From the IMG/VR virus record IMGVR_UViG_3300044538_000008, positions 1-33,027 of that record: DNA of 33,027 bases, one strand, 5' to 3'. The notes under the pieces were generated by a model that saw only the letters and a program-made list of their open reading frames with translations, made no database searches and had not been told where the DNA came from. Below are positions 1 to 9,162 of the stretch, one piece after another. The stretch is from a virus. Its lineage: Duplodnaviria; Caudoviricetes. The position numbers and the translations under genes are program-made. Numbering within the stretch: the first letter of the stretch is position 1; every line of letters begins with the position of its first letter.

Positions 1-1468
1 TGTCGGTTGGCGGGGTGACCTCCAGCGTTTCCTTGCTTGCGGGCTTGCCCGCGTCGGCCGGCAGCGCCTTGCCGCCCGCGGGAATCGTCTCTCCGGGCGG
101 CTCCACCACCTTCACGCCGCGGCTCTGCCCGTAGCGAGCCGACTGCTCGCGCATCTCTTTGGCGATAGCATCGGTCTTCGGCATGTTCATGCTCTCGAAG
201 CGCGCCGCCTCGTCATCGAGAAACGAGATCGTCTCCGAAAGGTCAACAGGCAGCTTCTCGACTCGCTTGTGGATCTTTCCGACGTCTCGGCCAACTTCGC
301 CCACGGCTCGGTTACTCCGCTCGTAGTACCGCTCGGAGCCCGCTGGGCCGATGCCTCCCTTGTGGAGCCCCTGGCGCTCGACCTCGGCGCCGAACTTGCC
401 GGCCGCCTCTGGGTCCTCCATTCCCGGCAGCAGATCGCCCTCCGGCTCCTTGCCAACCGTGCTGGCCCTGCGCAGGGCCGCCTCCTCGGGCTGCCCTACC
501 CCGGTTGACTTCGCCCGTGCCCGGTTCGCGGCCCGCTCGAAACCGCGGCCGACGAGGCTCGTGATCGGTCCAATGATGGGCCCCATGATACCGCCGAGCC
601 CCCCGCCCATAAGGCCACCCGTGGCCGCGCGACCGGCGACCGAGTCGCCGCTGTCGCCATAGCCGACGCCCGCCACCGCGCCCGCTGGCGCCCCCACTGC
701 AGCGCCAGACACAGCCCGCCTGCCGGCGTTCTTCAACACCTGCCCGGGGATGATCTTCGGTGCCAGCTTGCCGAGCGGCAAGGGCGCCGTCACGGCCGTG
801 CCGCCCGCGACCTCGCCAGCACCGTAGAGCCAGGGACTCTCGGCCCGGATCTCCTCGTCCTCTCTTACCTGCGCCCGCTCGCGCTCGAGCGAAACCTCGT
901 CCTCGCCCATGGCCGGTGCGCCTGCGGTGCGGCCGGCGGCGCGCGGGGTATCCTCGAGACCGGCCACGTCGGCCAGCTTGTTGGTCAATCCCGAGACGAT
1001 CTTGGGGGCGAAGCCAAACGTCCCGCCGCGGGCAAGCCCGCGCATGAAGGGGTTCATGGCGAACGCCGAGAGATCCGGGAAGTTGCCATCGGACGTGACC
1101 GGATTCGGTGCGTCGCCACGCATGCGCGCCTGAGCCTTGTCCTCCTCAGCCTTCGCTCGAGCGGCCTTGGCCCTCTGCGCGGGAGACAAGCCCCCCTGCG
1201 TAGTCGCCGCGGGTCCGGCCGCAGGGGCCGCCGCGCCGCCGCCGGCAAGCGCCTGCGCCTTGGCAATCAGTTCCGCGTGCTCGGGCGTCGGGGGCGCCCC
1301 CGCCGGCACCTTGGGAACGGCCCCGGTCACCCCGAGATTTGCCGGCGCGGAGCCCGCGGGAGCCCCGTCAGCCGCCGTCGCAGTCTGCCAGGTCTTGCCA
1401 CCGTCGAAGCTCTCGCGAACTTCACCGGTGACCTTGTTGCGCTGCTTTTTGTAGGACGGGTCCGGCAT
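1..1468 (-). CDS. Large Gly/Ala-rich internal virion (DNA ejection) protein, 5' part only; runs off the left edge
   Basis: Not in the ORF track because there is no stop in the window. ATG at 1466-1468 overlaps the previous stop (TGATG). Open frame MPDPSYKKQRNKVTGEVRESFDGGKTW...RGLARGGTFGFAPKI...ESPWLYGAGEVAGG...GGLMGGGLGGIMGP; Gly-rich hydrophobic segments and position fit podovirus ejection proteins. Confidence 0.65.
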   Translation of the reverse strand, partial: MPDPSYKKQRNKVTGEVRESFDGGKTWQTATAADGAPAGSAPANLGVTGAVPKVPAGAPPTPEHAELIAKAQALAGGGAAAPAAGPAATTQGGLSPAQRAKAARAKAEEDKAQARMRGDAPNPVTSDGNFPDLSAFAMNPFMRGLARGGTFGFAPKIVSGLTNKLADVAGLEDTPRAAGRTAGAPAMGEDEVSLERERAQVREDEEIRAESPWLYGAGEVAGGTAVTAPLPLGKLAPKIIPGQVLKNAGRRAVSGAAVGAPAGAVAGVGYGDSGDSVAGRAATGGLMGGGLGGIMGPIIGPITSLVGRGFERAANRARAKSTGVGQPEEAALRRASTVGKEPEGDLLPGMEDPEAAGKFGAEVERQGLHKGGIGPAGSERYYERSNRAVGEVGRDVGKIHKRVEKLPVDLSETISFLDDEAARFESMNMPKTDAIAKEMREQSARYGQSRGVKVVEPPGETIPAGGKALPADAGKPASKETLEVTPPTD

Positions 1469-2862
1469 CAGGGCTCCACGTCTTCCCACTGACCGTCATC
1501 CTCGGACGGCGCGGTCGTCTCCGGCTCCTCGGCTATGGGCTCCTGGCCGCCGAGGACCTTGTTTTCAAGGTTGTCACGCCAGCGCGCCAGCTTCTTCGGA
1601 TCACCGACGTAGTCCTGGAGCAGCGGATCCGTCATGACGGCCGAGCCAATCGTGCCCGCGATGTCCTCGCGCTCACCCTCCATCCTGCCAATTCCCTCAT
1701 CGATCATCTCGCGCAGAAATCCCGTCATGTTGGCCGGCATCTCGCCGCCGCCGACCCAGTAGTTCATAGCCTGCTCGAACGCGGTCATGGCGTTGACGCC
1801 GGCCTGCTGCCCCTTCTGCTCCCAATCGGAGAGTGCGCCGGGCCGATCGGCCTTGAGCTGCGCCAGAAACGCCGAGCGCTGCGCTACGACGTTGGGATCA
1901 TCCGTTGTGCCGAGCCCGAGCCTACTGAGCGCGCCCTTGTACGTGCGGATGCTCTCATTGACCTTTCGCAGGCTCGCGCTGTTTGCCACTTCGGCGAAAA
2001 CCTTATTGACGCGCCGCTCGGTCATCTTGTCGCGCTCAACGTCGAGCCGTGCGCCGCCGCGCTCGCTCGCCGCCTCGGCCAACTTGAGCCGTGCGCCGGC
2101 CATGCCGCGCATGGCGGCAGCGTTCTCCGCACGCGCCTCCCGATCGCGCTCGGACTTGTACATGCTCTGCGCGGCCTCGAATCCGAGTTTGCCGCGCGCG
2201 ATCGGGCTCCCCATGATGGCGCTGCTCACCGTGGGGTCACCAAGGGCCTCGAGCTGTCCGCGGAGCTGCTCGTCTTCCTTGAGTGCGAGACCGGACGGAT
2301 CGAGCGTGCCGTAATCAGTGCCCGCACGACGCACTTGGTAGCGCGGGCCCGTGCGCTCGTCGCTGCCGGCCGAGTACCCGGCGCGCGACATGCTCATTGC
2401 GCCCGTGGGCGTCGTTGTCGTGAACACGTTCTCACCAGGCAACGGAGGCGGCTCCGGGGCTTCGGGAACCTCCACGAACTCGTAGCCGTACTGCGCGAGC
2501 TCGGGCATGCGCGCCATCGCCTGCTCTCGGGTTGCGGGGTCCGCGTATTCGCCTCCCCACTTGGTCAGCGCGTCGCGCGCCTGCTGGTCGAAGGTGGCCG
2601 ATCTGCCGCGACCGGCCTCCGCCTCGCGCATGCGCTGCAGCTCCATGTCCGCAGCGAGACGGTCCTTTGTCCGCTGGTTCTGGGCACCAACTTCCGCTTG
2701 TCGCTGGGTGAGCCCGCGCGCGAATTGCGACTCATCCTGTTTTCGCTCGGCCGTCGTGTTGAGCGCGGCCACGCCTTCAGAGAGAGCGCGCGAACCCGTG
2801 CCGACCGGCGTAAACGGCACGATGAAGGGTGCGAGGTCTCGGAGGGTGAGGATGTTTGCCAT
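1468..2862 (-). CDS. Probable internal virion/ejection protein (464 aa)
   Basis: Helical, charged Ala/Glu/Arg-rich protein, tightly coupled to neighbours, in the ejection-protein slot downstream of the gp10-like hub. Confidence 0.55.
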   Translation of the reverse strand: MANILTLRDLAPFIVPFTPVGTGSRALSEGVAALNTTAERKQDESQFARGLTQRQAEVGAQNQRTKDRLAADMELQRMREAEAGRGRSATFDQQARDALTKWGGEYADPATREQAMARMPELAQYGYEFVEVPEAPEPPPLPGENVFTTTTPTGAMSMSRAGYSAGSDERTGPRYQVRRAGTDYGTLDPSGLALKEDEQLRGQLEALGDPTVSSAIMGSPIARGKLGFEAAQSMYKSERDREARAENAAAMRGMAGARLKLAEAASERGGARLDVERDKMTERRVNKVFAEVANSASLRKVNESIRTYKGALSRLGLGTTDDPNVVAQRSAFLAQLKADRPGALSDWEQKGQQAGVNAMTAFEQAMNYWVGGGEMPANMTGFLREMIDEGIGRMEGEREDIAGTIGSAVMTDPLLQDYVGDPKKLARWRDNLENKVLGGQEPIAEEPETTAPSEDDGQWEDVEP

Positions 2863-2864
2863 GG

Positions 2865-4022
2865 CTAGAAGAGGCCCGCCGCCGTGCCACCTGACAGGAA
2901 CTGCCCGACGTCGCCGAGGCCAGCGGTCGCCGACTGCTGCTCGAAGTTTCCTTGGTTGAGCGCGCTCGACGCGCCAGCGATGCCGCCTGAAAGCGTTCCG
3001 CTTGCAAGCCCGAGCTCACGCTCGATCATGGCCGTGTATGCCTCCTGCGACATGCCGGCCAGCATCGAACCGACCTTGATGAGGTTGTCGAGCTGGCCGC
3101 TCATGCGCGCTTCTTCGAGCTTCTGCGCCATGCCGGCCGCGTTCATCCCCGCCGCGAGCCGGTTGAGCTCGGCCCCGTCGGCGGCTGTCGCGGCCGTCAC
3201 GGCAAGCCCCTGCCGCGCGAGCTCGTCACCAGCCGCGCCGCCAGCAATCCCCGCGCCGCCCGTCAGGTACGACAGCTCGTTCTGGCTGCCGGCGAGGCTG
3301 CTGATGTCTGCTCCGCGTCCGAGCTCGCCGCCGAGCCCCATCCACGCACGCTCTTCCCCGAGCCGCCGAAGGCCGTAATCCGCCTCGGTTCGGGCTCGAT
3401 CGGCTTCGAGCCCCGCAAGCGCATCGCCCTGCAGCCCTAGAGCTACGCTGCTTCCGTAGCTGCCCCGTGCCGCCGAAGTCTTGTCCATGCGGTTTTGTAG
3501 GCGAGTCGCCGCATCTTCGTAATACGCGCCGTAGCCAGGCTCTTTCTGGAAGTCGGGGCGCCCTGACTGGTACGCCTGGTACGCCTCCTCCGCCCTGTTG
3601 CTCGTCGGCTCAGTGCCCGTGAAGCGGCCCATCACCTGGTTCCAGTACTGCTCGCGCTGGCCCGGCTCATCGAAGAGCCCCTGCCCGGCAAGCTGCTCGG
3701 TCCGCCCCGGGTCGAAGAATCCGCTTCCGAATTGGTCGTACGCCTGCTCGCCAACGCCGGGCCCGGAGAGTGCGCCTGGCGCCATGGGCGGGGCAGGCGC
3801 GAATTGGTTCTGCCACCCTGCCGGAAGTCCGGCCCCGCCAGCAATCTGCTGGGCGGCCGACTGCTCCGGACCGAATAGGCCAGCCTGGGCCGGCGGCGTC
3901 ATAGGCCCGGAGTTGACTGGGTACCCGGCTGAGGCGATGTACGACGGCGGAGCGCGGCCCTGCGAGTATGGGTCCACATACCCAGGGGTTGCCGGCGGTG
4001 CGGTGCGCGGGTCGTAGACCAT
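2865..4022 (-). CDS. Probable DNA transfer/pilot protein (P22 gp7-like, 385 aa)
   Basis: Gly/Ala/Gln-rich, with PGYGAYYEDAATRLQNRMDKTSAARGSYGSS resembling the PGYxF...AARGxxxSG motif of podovirus pilot proteins; position after the hub. Confidence 0.6.
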   Translation of the reverse strand: MVYDPRTAPPATPGYVDPYSQGRAPPSYIASAGYPVNSGPMTPPAQAGLFGPEQSAAQQIAGGAGLPAGWQNQFAPAPPMAPGALSGPGVGEQAYDQFGSGFFDPGRTEQLAGQGLFDEPGQREQYWNQVMGRFTGTEPTSNRAEEAYQAYQSGRPDFQKEPGYGAYYEDAATRLQNRMDKTSAARGSYGSSVALGLQGDALAGLEADRARTEADYGLRRLGEERAWMGLGGELGRGADISSLAGSQNELSYLTGGAGIAGGAAGDELARQGLAVTAATAADGAELNRLAAGMNAAGMAQKLEEARMSGQLDNLIKVGSMLAGMSQEAYTAMIERELGLASGTLSGGIAGASSALNQGNFEQQSATAGLGDVGQFLSGGTAAGLF

Positions 4023-4429
4023 CAGAGCCGCCCGCTGCCGATGAGACCGCGCTTGCGGAAGTCTTCAGACGTTGGCTTGCCCGGCGGGGCCCCGATCTCC
4101 GAAGTGCCAGCCGGGATCGGATTCTGCAAGAGTGGCGCAGTATCGAACATGCTCCCCTGTCCGTACATCCGCCCGATCTGATCGTTGACGGGGCCAAAGA
4201 CCGAGAGCTGTTGCCCGAGCGCGTTCATCTGCGCCTGCTGCATCGGTTCGCGTAGCTGCTGGTAGGTCTCCATCATCTTGCGAAACTGGGCTTCCAGGGC
4301 CTCGGCATGCTTATTGGGGAACATGCCGCCAACGACCGGAAGCCCGCTCATGTCGATCCCCAGCGCATTGCCAGGCATGCTCAGAACTCCGCCTAGATCG
4401 AATCCGCCTCCACCGCCAAAAAGGGCCAT
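4022..4429 (-). CDS. Small probable internal virion protein (135 aa)
   Basis: Gly-rich hydrophobic N-terminus (MALFGGGGGFDLGGVLSMPGNALG) then a Gln-rich helix; GAGGT SD-like sequence upstream; stop overlaps next start. Confidence 0.55.
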   Translation of the reverse strand: MALFGGGGGFDLGGVLSMPGNALGIDMSGLPVVGGMFPNKHAEALEAQFRKMMETYQQLREPMQQAQMNALGQQLSVFGPVNDQIGRMYGQGSMFDTAPLLQNPIPAGTSEIGAPPGKPTSEDFRKRGLIGSGRL

Positions 4430-4438
4430 CCGACCACC

Positions 4439-5899
4439 TCAACTGTCGCAGAGTTGATACTCTTCTTCGGCCGATACGAGCACGAGCTCTTCCGAGCCGC
4501 TGAACACAAACCGCCACTGCCGGCGCCGATAGGTGCCCAGCCTCTCAAATGATACCGTTGGGTTCATCTCTCCGCTACGGCCGAGGCTGACCTCGAGACC
4601 TGTTTCCCACGGCCCCATGTCGTCGCGCCACTGAAGCCGCCCCCTGGGCTCGCCCGAGCTCGACTCCCCCCGACGAAGCGTGAGCCGCACGAACTTGCAC
4701 CACTTCCGGATGTCGGTATCCCGGTTGATAAACCCCGTCTGGACATTGGCCTCGATCGGGGCCCCGAGGTCCGTGCTCGCCGCCCGGTCGAGCTTGCCCA
4801 CGTAGCCCGCGGAGGTCCCCACCAGGTTTACGTGATCGCCACCACGCAAATGATGGGCCGTGACCGAAAACTGCGTGTAGCGCCCCAGCGTGCTGTCCCA
4901 GCCCGACCACTGGGCCCAGCCACCCCCGAGGTAATGCACGAATGTCCGGCCGTCGGTGGGCAAGGTCCAGACGATCGCTTCGTTCGGCCCGAGCGAGCAG
5001 CGGTAGCCAAAGCAGTCCGAGACCGTGGCCATGGACTGAAGCGTCTGGGAGATGGCCGGCGCCGAGAGCACCTTGTAGGAGCGGCCGTTACTGACCACGA
5101 ACCGCCGCTCGTGGTCGAGCCAGTAGAAATCGTTGTCCTTGCGCGCGATGGAGTAGGGCGCGACGCACCCAAGCGGAATCGTCCCGATCGGCGCGTAGAC
5201 CTCAACCGGGTCTGGCCGGAAGACCTGGGTCGTTTGGCTGCCGAAGAGGAACACCTCGTCCGTGTTCTCGCCGAGAGCAACGACAGGATCCGGCCGCGCC
5301 TCGCCGGTGAAAAATCCCGCAGTGTCGACGCCCGGCGCCCAGCTCTCGTGCCCGGAGAAGTCGGTCGTGCCGATGGCCTCGCCAGAGTAGCGGGCCTTGG
5401 TCTTGTCGATCTCGGTATCGTTGCCCAGGAGCCGGACGCCGTGCGCGATCACGTGCGAGCTCTTGGGAGGGCTCCCGCCGAGGCGCGAGCTCACGAGGTT
5501 CGAGAGTTCCACCTTCTGAATGTCCTGCCCCGCCGCGAGCAAGAGCAGCATTTCCGTTTCGGCGATGGTGGGCCGCTCAGGCCCCACAAGGGCCGTGCCC
5601 GGCCCCTGAGACAGGTTGAGCGCGCCGCCGGCCGTGAGCCTGTAGATGCTCGCCTCCGATGGCGACGGCGCCCCGACCGCAATGAGCTCGCCGCCGAGCG
5701 TCACGTGCAGGCCGACGATGCCGCCCGAGTCGATCACCGTGCTCGGCGCACCCGAGTACGCGCTGATCCCGGGCCGGCGCCGCATGGACCCGTCCGGATC
5801 CACGATCACGTTGTGCGCGGCCGGGCTCGCCCCGGCGAGCTGTTCTAGGCCGCTCGCCTCGTAGGAACCGAACCGGATGGGTCGGGTCTCGGCGGGCAC
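4439..5899 (-). CDS. Packaged-DNA stabilisation / tail hub protein (P22 gp10-like, 486 aa)
   Basis: Motifs RRRPG near the N-terminus, GEARPDPVVAL, FLFGSQTTQVF, GCVAPYSIA, C-terminal LQWRDD-GPW...GRSGE...FERLGTYRRRQWRF; size matches the family. Confidence 0.8.
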   Translation of the reverse strand: MPAETRPIRFGSYEASGLEQLAGASPAAHNVIVDPDGSMRRRPGISAYSGAPSTVIDSGGIVGLHVTLGGELIAVGAPSPSEASIYRLTAGGALNLSQGPGTALVGPERPTIAETEMLLLLAAGQDIQKVELSNLVSSRLGGSPPKSSHVIAHGVRLLGNDTEIDKTKARYSGEAIGTTDFSGHESWAPGVDTAGFFTGEARPDPVVALGENTDEVFLFGSQTTQVFRPDPVEVYAPIGTIPLGCVAPYSIARKDNDFYWLDHERRFVVSNGRSYKVLSAPAISQTLQSMATVSDCFGYRCSLGPNEAIVWTLPTDGRTFVHYLGGGWAQWSGWDSTLGRYTQFSVTAHHLRGGDHVNLVGTSAGYVGKLDRAASTDLGAPIEANVQTGFINRDTDIRKWCKFVRLTLRRGESSSGEPRGRLQWRDDMGPWETGLEVSLGRSGEMNPTVSFERLGTYRRRQWRFVFSGSEELVLVSAEEEYQLCDS

Positions 5900-7608
5900 T
5901 AGCTTGTCACCGTGTGGATGAATCCGTACTGGTACGCCTTATCAACCCCTGGGTCTCTCACGTCGATCTGGCCAATGAGCGACACGGCGCGAACAACCGC
6001 CTCGCGGTTATCGTCGAGGGATATGCTATCCATGACAAGCGCTTCATCGGTGACGCCCCCGCCGCTCACCTGGCCACCATCCACGGTCCTGGCCGCGCCG
6101 CTCTGGTTGCGGACCGTCACGATCGTCTCCGCGCCCTCCGGAAGATTGTGCTGAGGAAAAATCAGCACCGTGAATGCCCCCGTGATCTCGGTCTCAATGA
6201 GCCCGTATTCCTTGTTTGGAATTGACAGGGAGTTGGTCGCGGTCGTGACAAACGTCCTGCGCGTCTCACGCGACCGCAGCCTCACCTGCGCGCCCTTGTG
6301 GGCGCCGCCCGAGCCCACGGCGCTGTGCGTGTAGCTGTACGCCGTCACGCTCGCGCCAAACGTGCTTGCCTCCTCGCTGAAAAACGAGGTCGCGGTGTAC
6401 GCGCCGAGCTCGAAGGCTGTGGCTGTGGCTCCGCCCGTCGCAAGAAACCTATTGCCGCGAAAGACGGCGTCGAGCGTCGTGCTCTCGGAATAGTAGTAGG
6501 TGAAGGTCCCGGCCGTCGCCGCGCTGGCGTCGAACTCGCAATCGATGAACGTCATCTTGATGCCGCTCACCATGCCGGCCCCGGTGTCGGCGGGCGTGTA
6601 GCTCGTGGCGCTCTCTACGAAGTAGCAGCGCTCGAAGACCGATCGTCCACCGCTCTGCAGCCCACGAACCACCGAAGAGTTGCTTGCGTTGGTGACGAGG
6701 ATGCTGTCTCGGACGTGAAGGCGCGTTGTTGCGCTCGATGCGATGAGCAACGCGTAGCCATTGCTGTTGGTCGTGCTCCCGAGCCGGCAGCGATCGATGA
6801 CCACTCGCCCGCCGCTCACGATGTTGACCCGGGCACCGGTGTTCGCCTGGGAGGCCCCGATCCGCAGACCAGACAAGAGATTGCTCGCGTGGTTGCCGGA
6901 CCCCGCGGCGTTGTACGAGAGGGTTCCGGCCGTAGCGTGGTCTGTGAGGATCGCCGTGAACTCCGATCCTGCGCCGACCAAGTTCACGTCATGCTGCACC
7001 GTAATCAGGCTCGTCACCCTGTAGGTGCCGGCAGGGAAGAACACCGTGCCGCCCGACGCGGTGGCGGCCGTGATCGCGGCGTTGATGGCCGCGGTGTCGT
7101 CGGTGCTACCGTCTCCCACGGCGCCATAGGCTGAGTCTTTGACGTTGAATACGAGCCCGAGGAGGTTGCCCACAATCGACGTAAGCAGGGTAGCGGCCCC
7201 ATTGAACAGCACCTTGAAATCCGTGGCCCCCGCGCTGTCCTTCCAGAGGTCGAAGATCTCCTGGGCCGTGATCGGATAGTTCGAGCCCGCTCCCGATTCG
7301 CCCGTCACGGGATGGGTTCCGGTGAAGCTTTGGCCGCGGTACTCAACGCCGGGCGCGCTGTAGCCGTCGGTGAAGGTCCGCACGGCGACCCCGAGCGAGT
7401 CTTTCACGATGATGTCCACGACCTCGTTCACGTAGAGGGTGAAGCCGCCGTTGGCGTCGAGGTCGACGTCGTCGCCCGAGGCGTTGGTGCTCGTCGCGAT
7501 TGAGTCCGTGTACCAGCTCGCGCGCGTTTGAGTTCCGCGCCGATAGATCTCGGCCGTGCCGTTTTCTCCACCGCGGACGCCCGCCGCCAGCGCTGTGACA
7601 AGGTGCAT
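5899..7608 (-). CDS. Tailspike with right-handed beta-helix (pectate-lyase-3-like) domain (569 aa)
   Basis: FNVKDSAYGAVGDGSTDDTAAINAAITAATASGGTVFFPAGTYRVT is the classic beta-helix cap motif; N-terminal virion-attachment-like region (VDLDANGGFTLY). Confidence 0.8.
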   Translation of the reverse strand: MHLVTALAAGVRGGENGTAEIYRRGTQTRASWYTDSIATSTNASGDDVDLDANGGFTLYVNEVVDIIVKDSLGVAVRTFTDGYSAPGVEYRGQSFTGTHPVTGESGAGSNYPITAQEIFDLWKDSAGATDFKVLFNGAATLLTSIVGNLLGLVFNVKDSAYGAVGDGSTDDTAAINAAITAATASGGTVFFPAGTYRVTSLITVQHDVNLVGAGSEFTAILTDHATAGTLSYNAAGSGNHASNLLSGLRIGASQANTGARVNIVSGGRVVIDRCRLGSTTNSNGYALLIASSATTRLHVRDSILVTNASNSSVVRGLQSGGRSVFERCYFVESATSYTPADTGAGMVSGIKMTFIDCEFDASAATAGTFTYYYSESTTLDAVFRGNRFLATGGATATAFELGAYTATSFFSEEASTFGASVTAYSYTHSAVGSGGAHKGAQVRLRSRETRRTFVTTATNSLSIPNKEYGLIETEITGAFTVLIFPQHNLPEGAETIVTVRNQSGAARTVDGGQVSGGGVTDEALVMDSISLDDNREAVVRAVSLIGQIDVRDPGVDKAYQYGFIHTVTS

Positions 7609-7610
7609 GA

Positions 7611-8438
7611 CTATGCTCCAGAGCCCGTGAACTCGATCAGTGCGCTCGAGTCGCCCGACACGCCGGAGATGATCCCGGTCGCCACTGCCGCGATTTTCAT
7701 GTCGGCGCCGCGCAGAAGCGAGACGTCCTCGAACAAGAAGTCCGTCATGCCCGCGTTGTCGATGAGGGCATGAAAGCCGCCGTACCCCTTTGTCCCGCCG
7801 TCGAAGATCACGCCGGAGAGGCGCAGGCCATCAACCGCGCCAGCCATCTCAATCCCGGAGTACGGCTGCCCGGTGAGCGCCGTAGCAGTGGAGATGAACG
7901 TCGAACCGGAAACCATGGGCGTCTGCGCCGACGAGGATATGGTCACCGCCGCCACGCCGCCGCTCGTCGAGTTGCTCTCCACGTAGCAGTCCACCATGTG
8001 GAAGTAGTCCCCGGTCACCGAGATCCTGGTCGTGTCGTTACTCTGCGCGTCCTCCTCGATCCAGACGTTTCGGATCTGAGCGTGGTTGCCTGAAAAGATC
8101 AGCAGCGAACCCGATGCCTGATTATTGGTGAGCTTGACCGTCGGCTTTCCTCCGGAACGTCCGGCTCCTACAATCTTGACCCGCTTGCTCACGGTGACCG
8201 CGGCCGTGAGAGTCTCCGTGTGCCCGTCGAGCAACACAATGATGTCCCCGTCGCTCGCGCTAGTGTGCGCCTGCGCGAGTGTCGCAAGCGGTCGCGTCCT
8301 GTCCCGGCCGCGCGGCGATGCCGCGTCGACACCGATCGCCGAGCTCACATACCAGATGTAGCCGCTCGTGTAGATCGGGGAGTTGGTGATGAGCGAGTCG
8401 CCGAGAGATTCCCCGCCATGGTAGAGCTGAATCGCCAC
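7611..8438 (-). CDS. Beta-helix structural protein (275 aa)
   Basis: WYVSS...GRDRTRPLATLAQAHTSASDGDIIVLLDGH...VKIVGAG is a pectin-lyase-fold N-terminal signature; GGAGG SD and GTG start. Confidence 0.65.
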   Translation of the reverse strand: MAIQLYHGGESLGDSLITNSPIYTSGYIWYVSSAIGVDAASPRGRDRTRPLATLAQAHTSASDGDIIVLLDGHTETLTAAVTVSKRVKIVGAGRSGGKPTVKLTNNQASGSLLIFSGNHAQIRNVWIEEDAQSNDTTRISVTGDYFHMVDCYVESNSTSGGVAAVTISSSAQTPMVSGSTFISTATALTGQPYSGIEMAGAVDGLRLSGVIFDGGTKGYGGFHALIDNAGMTDFLFEDVSLLRGADMKIAAVATGIISGVSGDSSALIEFTGSGA

Positions 8439-8439
8439 G

Positions 8440-9162
8440 CTACCTCCAGTGCCATCCGGTCATGTGCCCTAGTTCCGCCTGTGTCGAGAGCTGGGGCCTG
8501 GCCTTGCTCTTGGCCTCCACAAGAGCGCGGTTTGCTTCCGCGCGGAGCGTGCTGACCCGATCCATGGGCAACGTTCCCACAGCATAGCGGAAGGCGAGCT
8601 CCCACTGGAGGTAGTCCGCCCAGTAGCGCTCGATGTCCGGAGTCGCGTTGCCGTCGCCGCTGTCCGCAAGAAGCTTCTGGCGCTGGATGCGCAGCGTTGC
8701 TCCAGCGACGTCCGGCACCGGCAGGAGGTAAAGCAGGACGCTGCCCGCGCGGTGCAGATAGTAGCGGCTCGGGGTCCCCGTCCGGCTCTTGTCGATCGTC
8801 CCGTGCCACTCCTCGCGCGCGACAGGATAGATCGTGCTCTCGGCGGTCTGCCCGCTCGGCTGGTACATGATCGTGCCAACGACGTCCACGGTGTCGCCGG
8901 GAAGCGCGATGGGGGCCGCTGCGCCACCGTCGCCGGCCGCGCTCACCGTGGTCGTGTAGAGCTCAACCTGGCGAACCAGGTACTGGTCCGTCGAGAGCCT
9001 GTCGATGATGAGCTCGAGCTGAGATCTCCCGAACTCCGCAGCGGCAAGCCACTGCGGCCCCTCCATGCCGCTTTCGAGTGGCGCTAGGCCCGGAACCTGG
9101 CGCGCAAGTCGGATGATCTGGCCGATGTTGAGCTCGCGCGTGTTGCTGCTCGAGATGGTCAT
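8440..9162 (-). CDS. Head-tail adaptor / tail tubular-type protein (240 aa)
   Basis: Start MTISSSNT at the ATGA overlap; motifs GTPSRYY...LYLLPVPD and PDIERYWADYLQWELAFRYA typical of podovirus adaptors. Confidence 0.7.
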   Translation of the reverse strand: MTISSSNTRELNIGQIIRLARQVPGLAPLESGMEGPQWLAAAEFGRSQLELIIDRLSTDQYLVRQVELYTTTVSAAGDGGAAAPIALPGDTVDVVGTIMYQPSGQTAESTIYPVAREEWHGTIDKSRTGTPSRYYLHRAGSVLLYLLPVPDVAGATLRIQRQKLLADSGDGNATPDIERYWADYLQWELAFRYAVGTLPMDRVSTLRAEANRALVEAKSKARPQLSTQAELGHMTGWHWR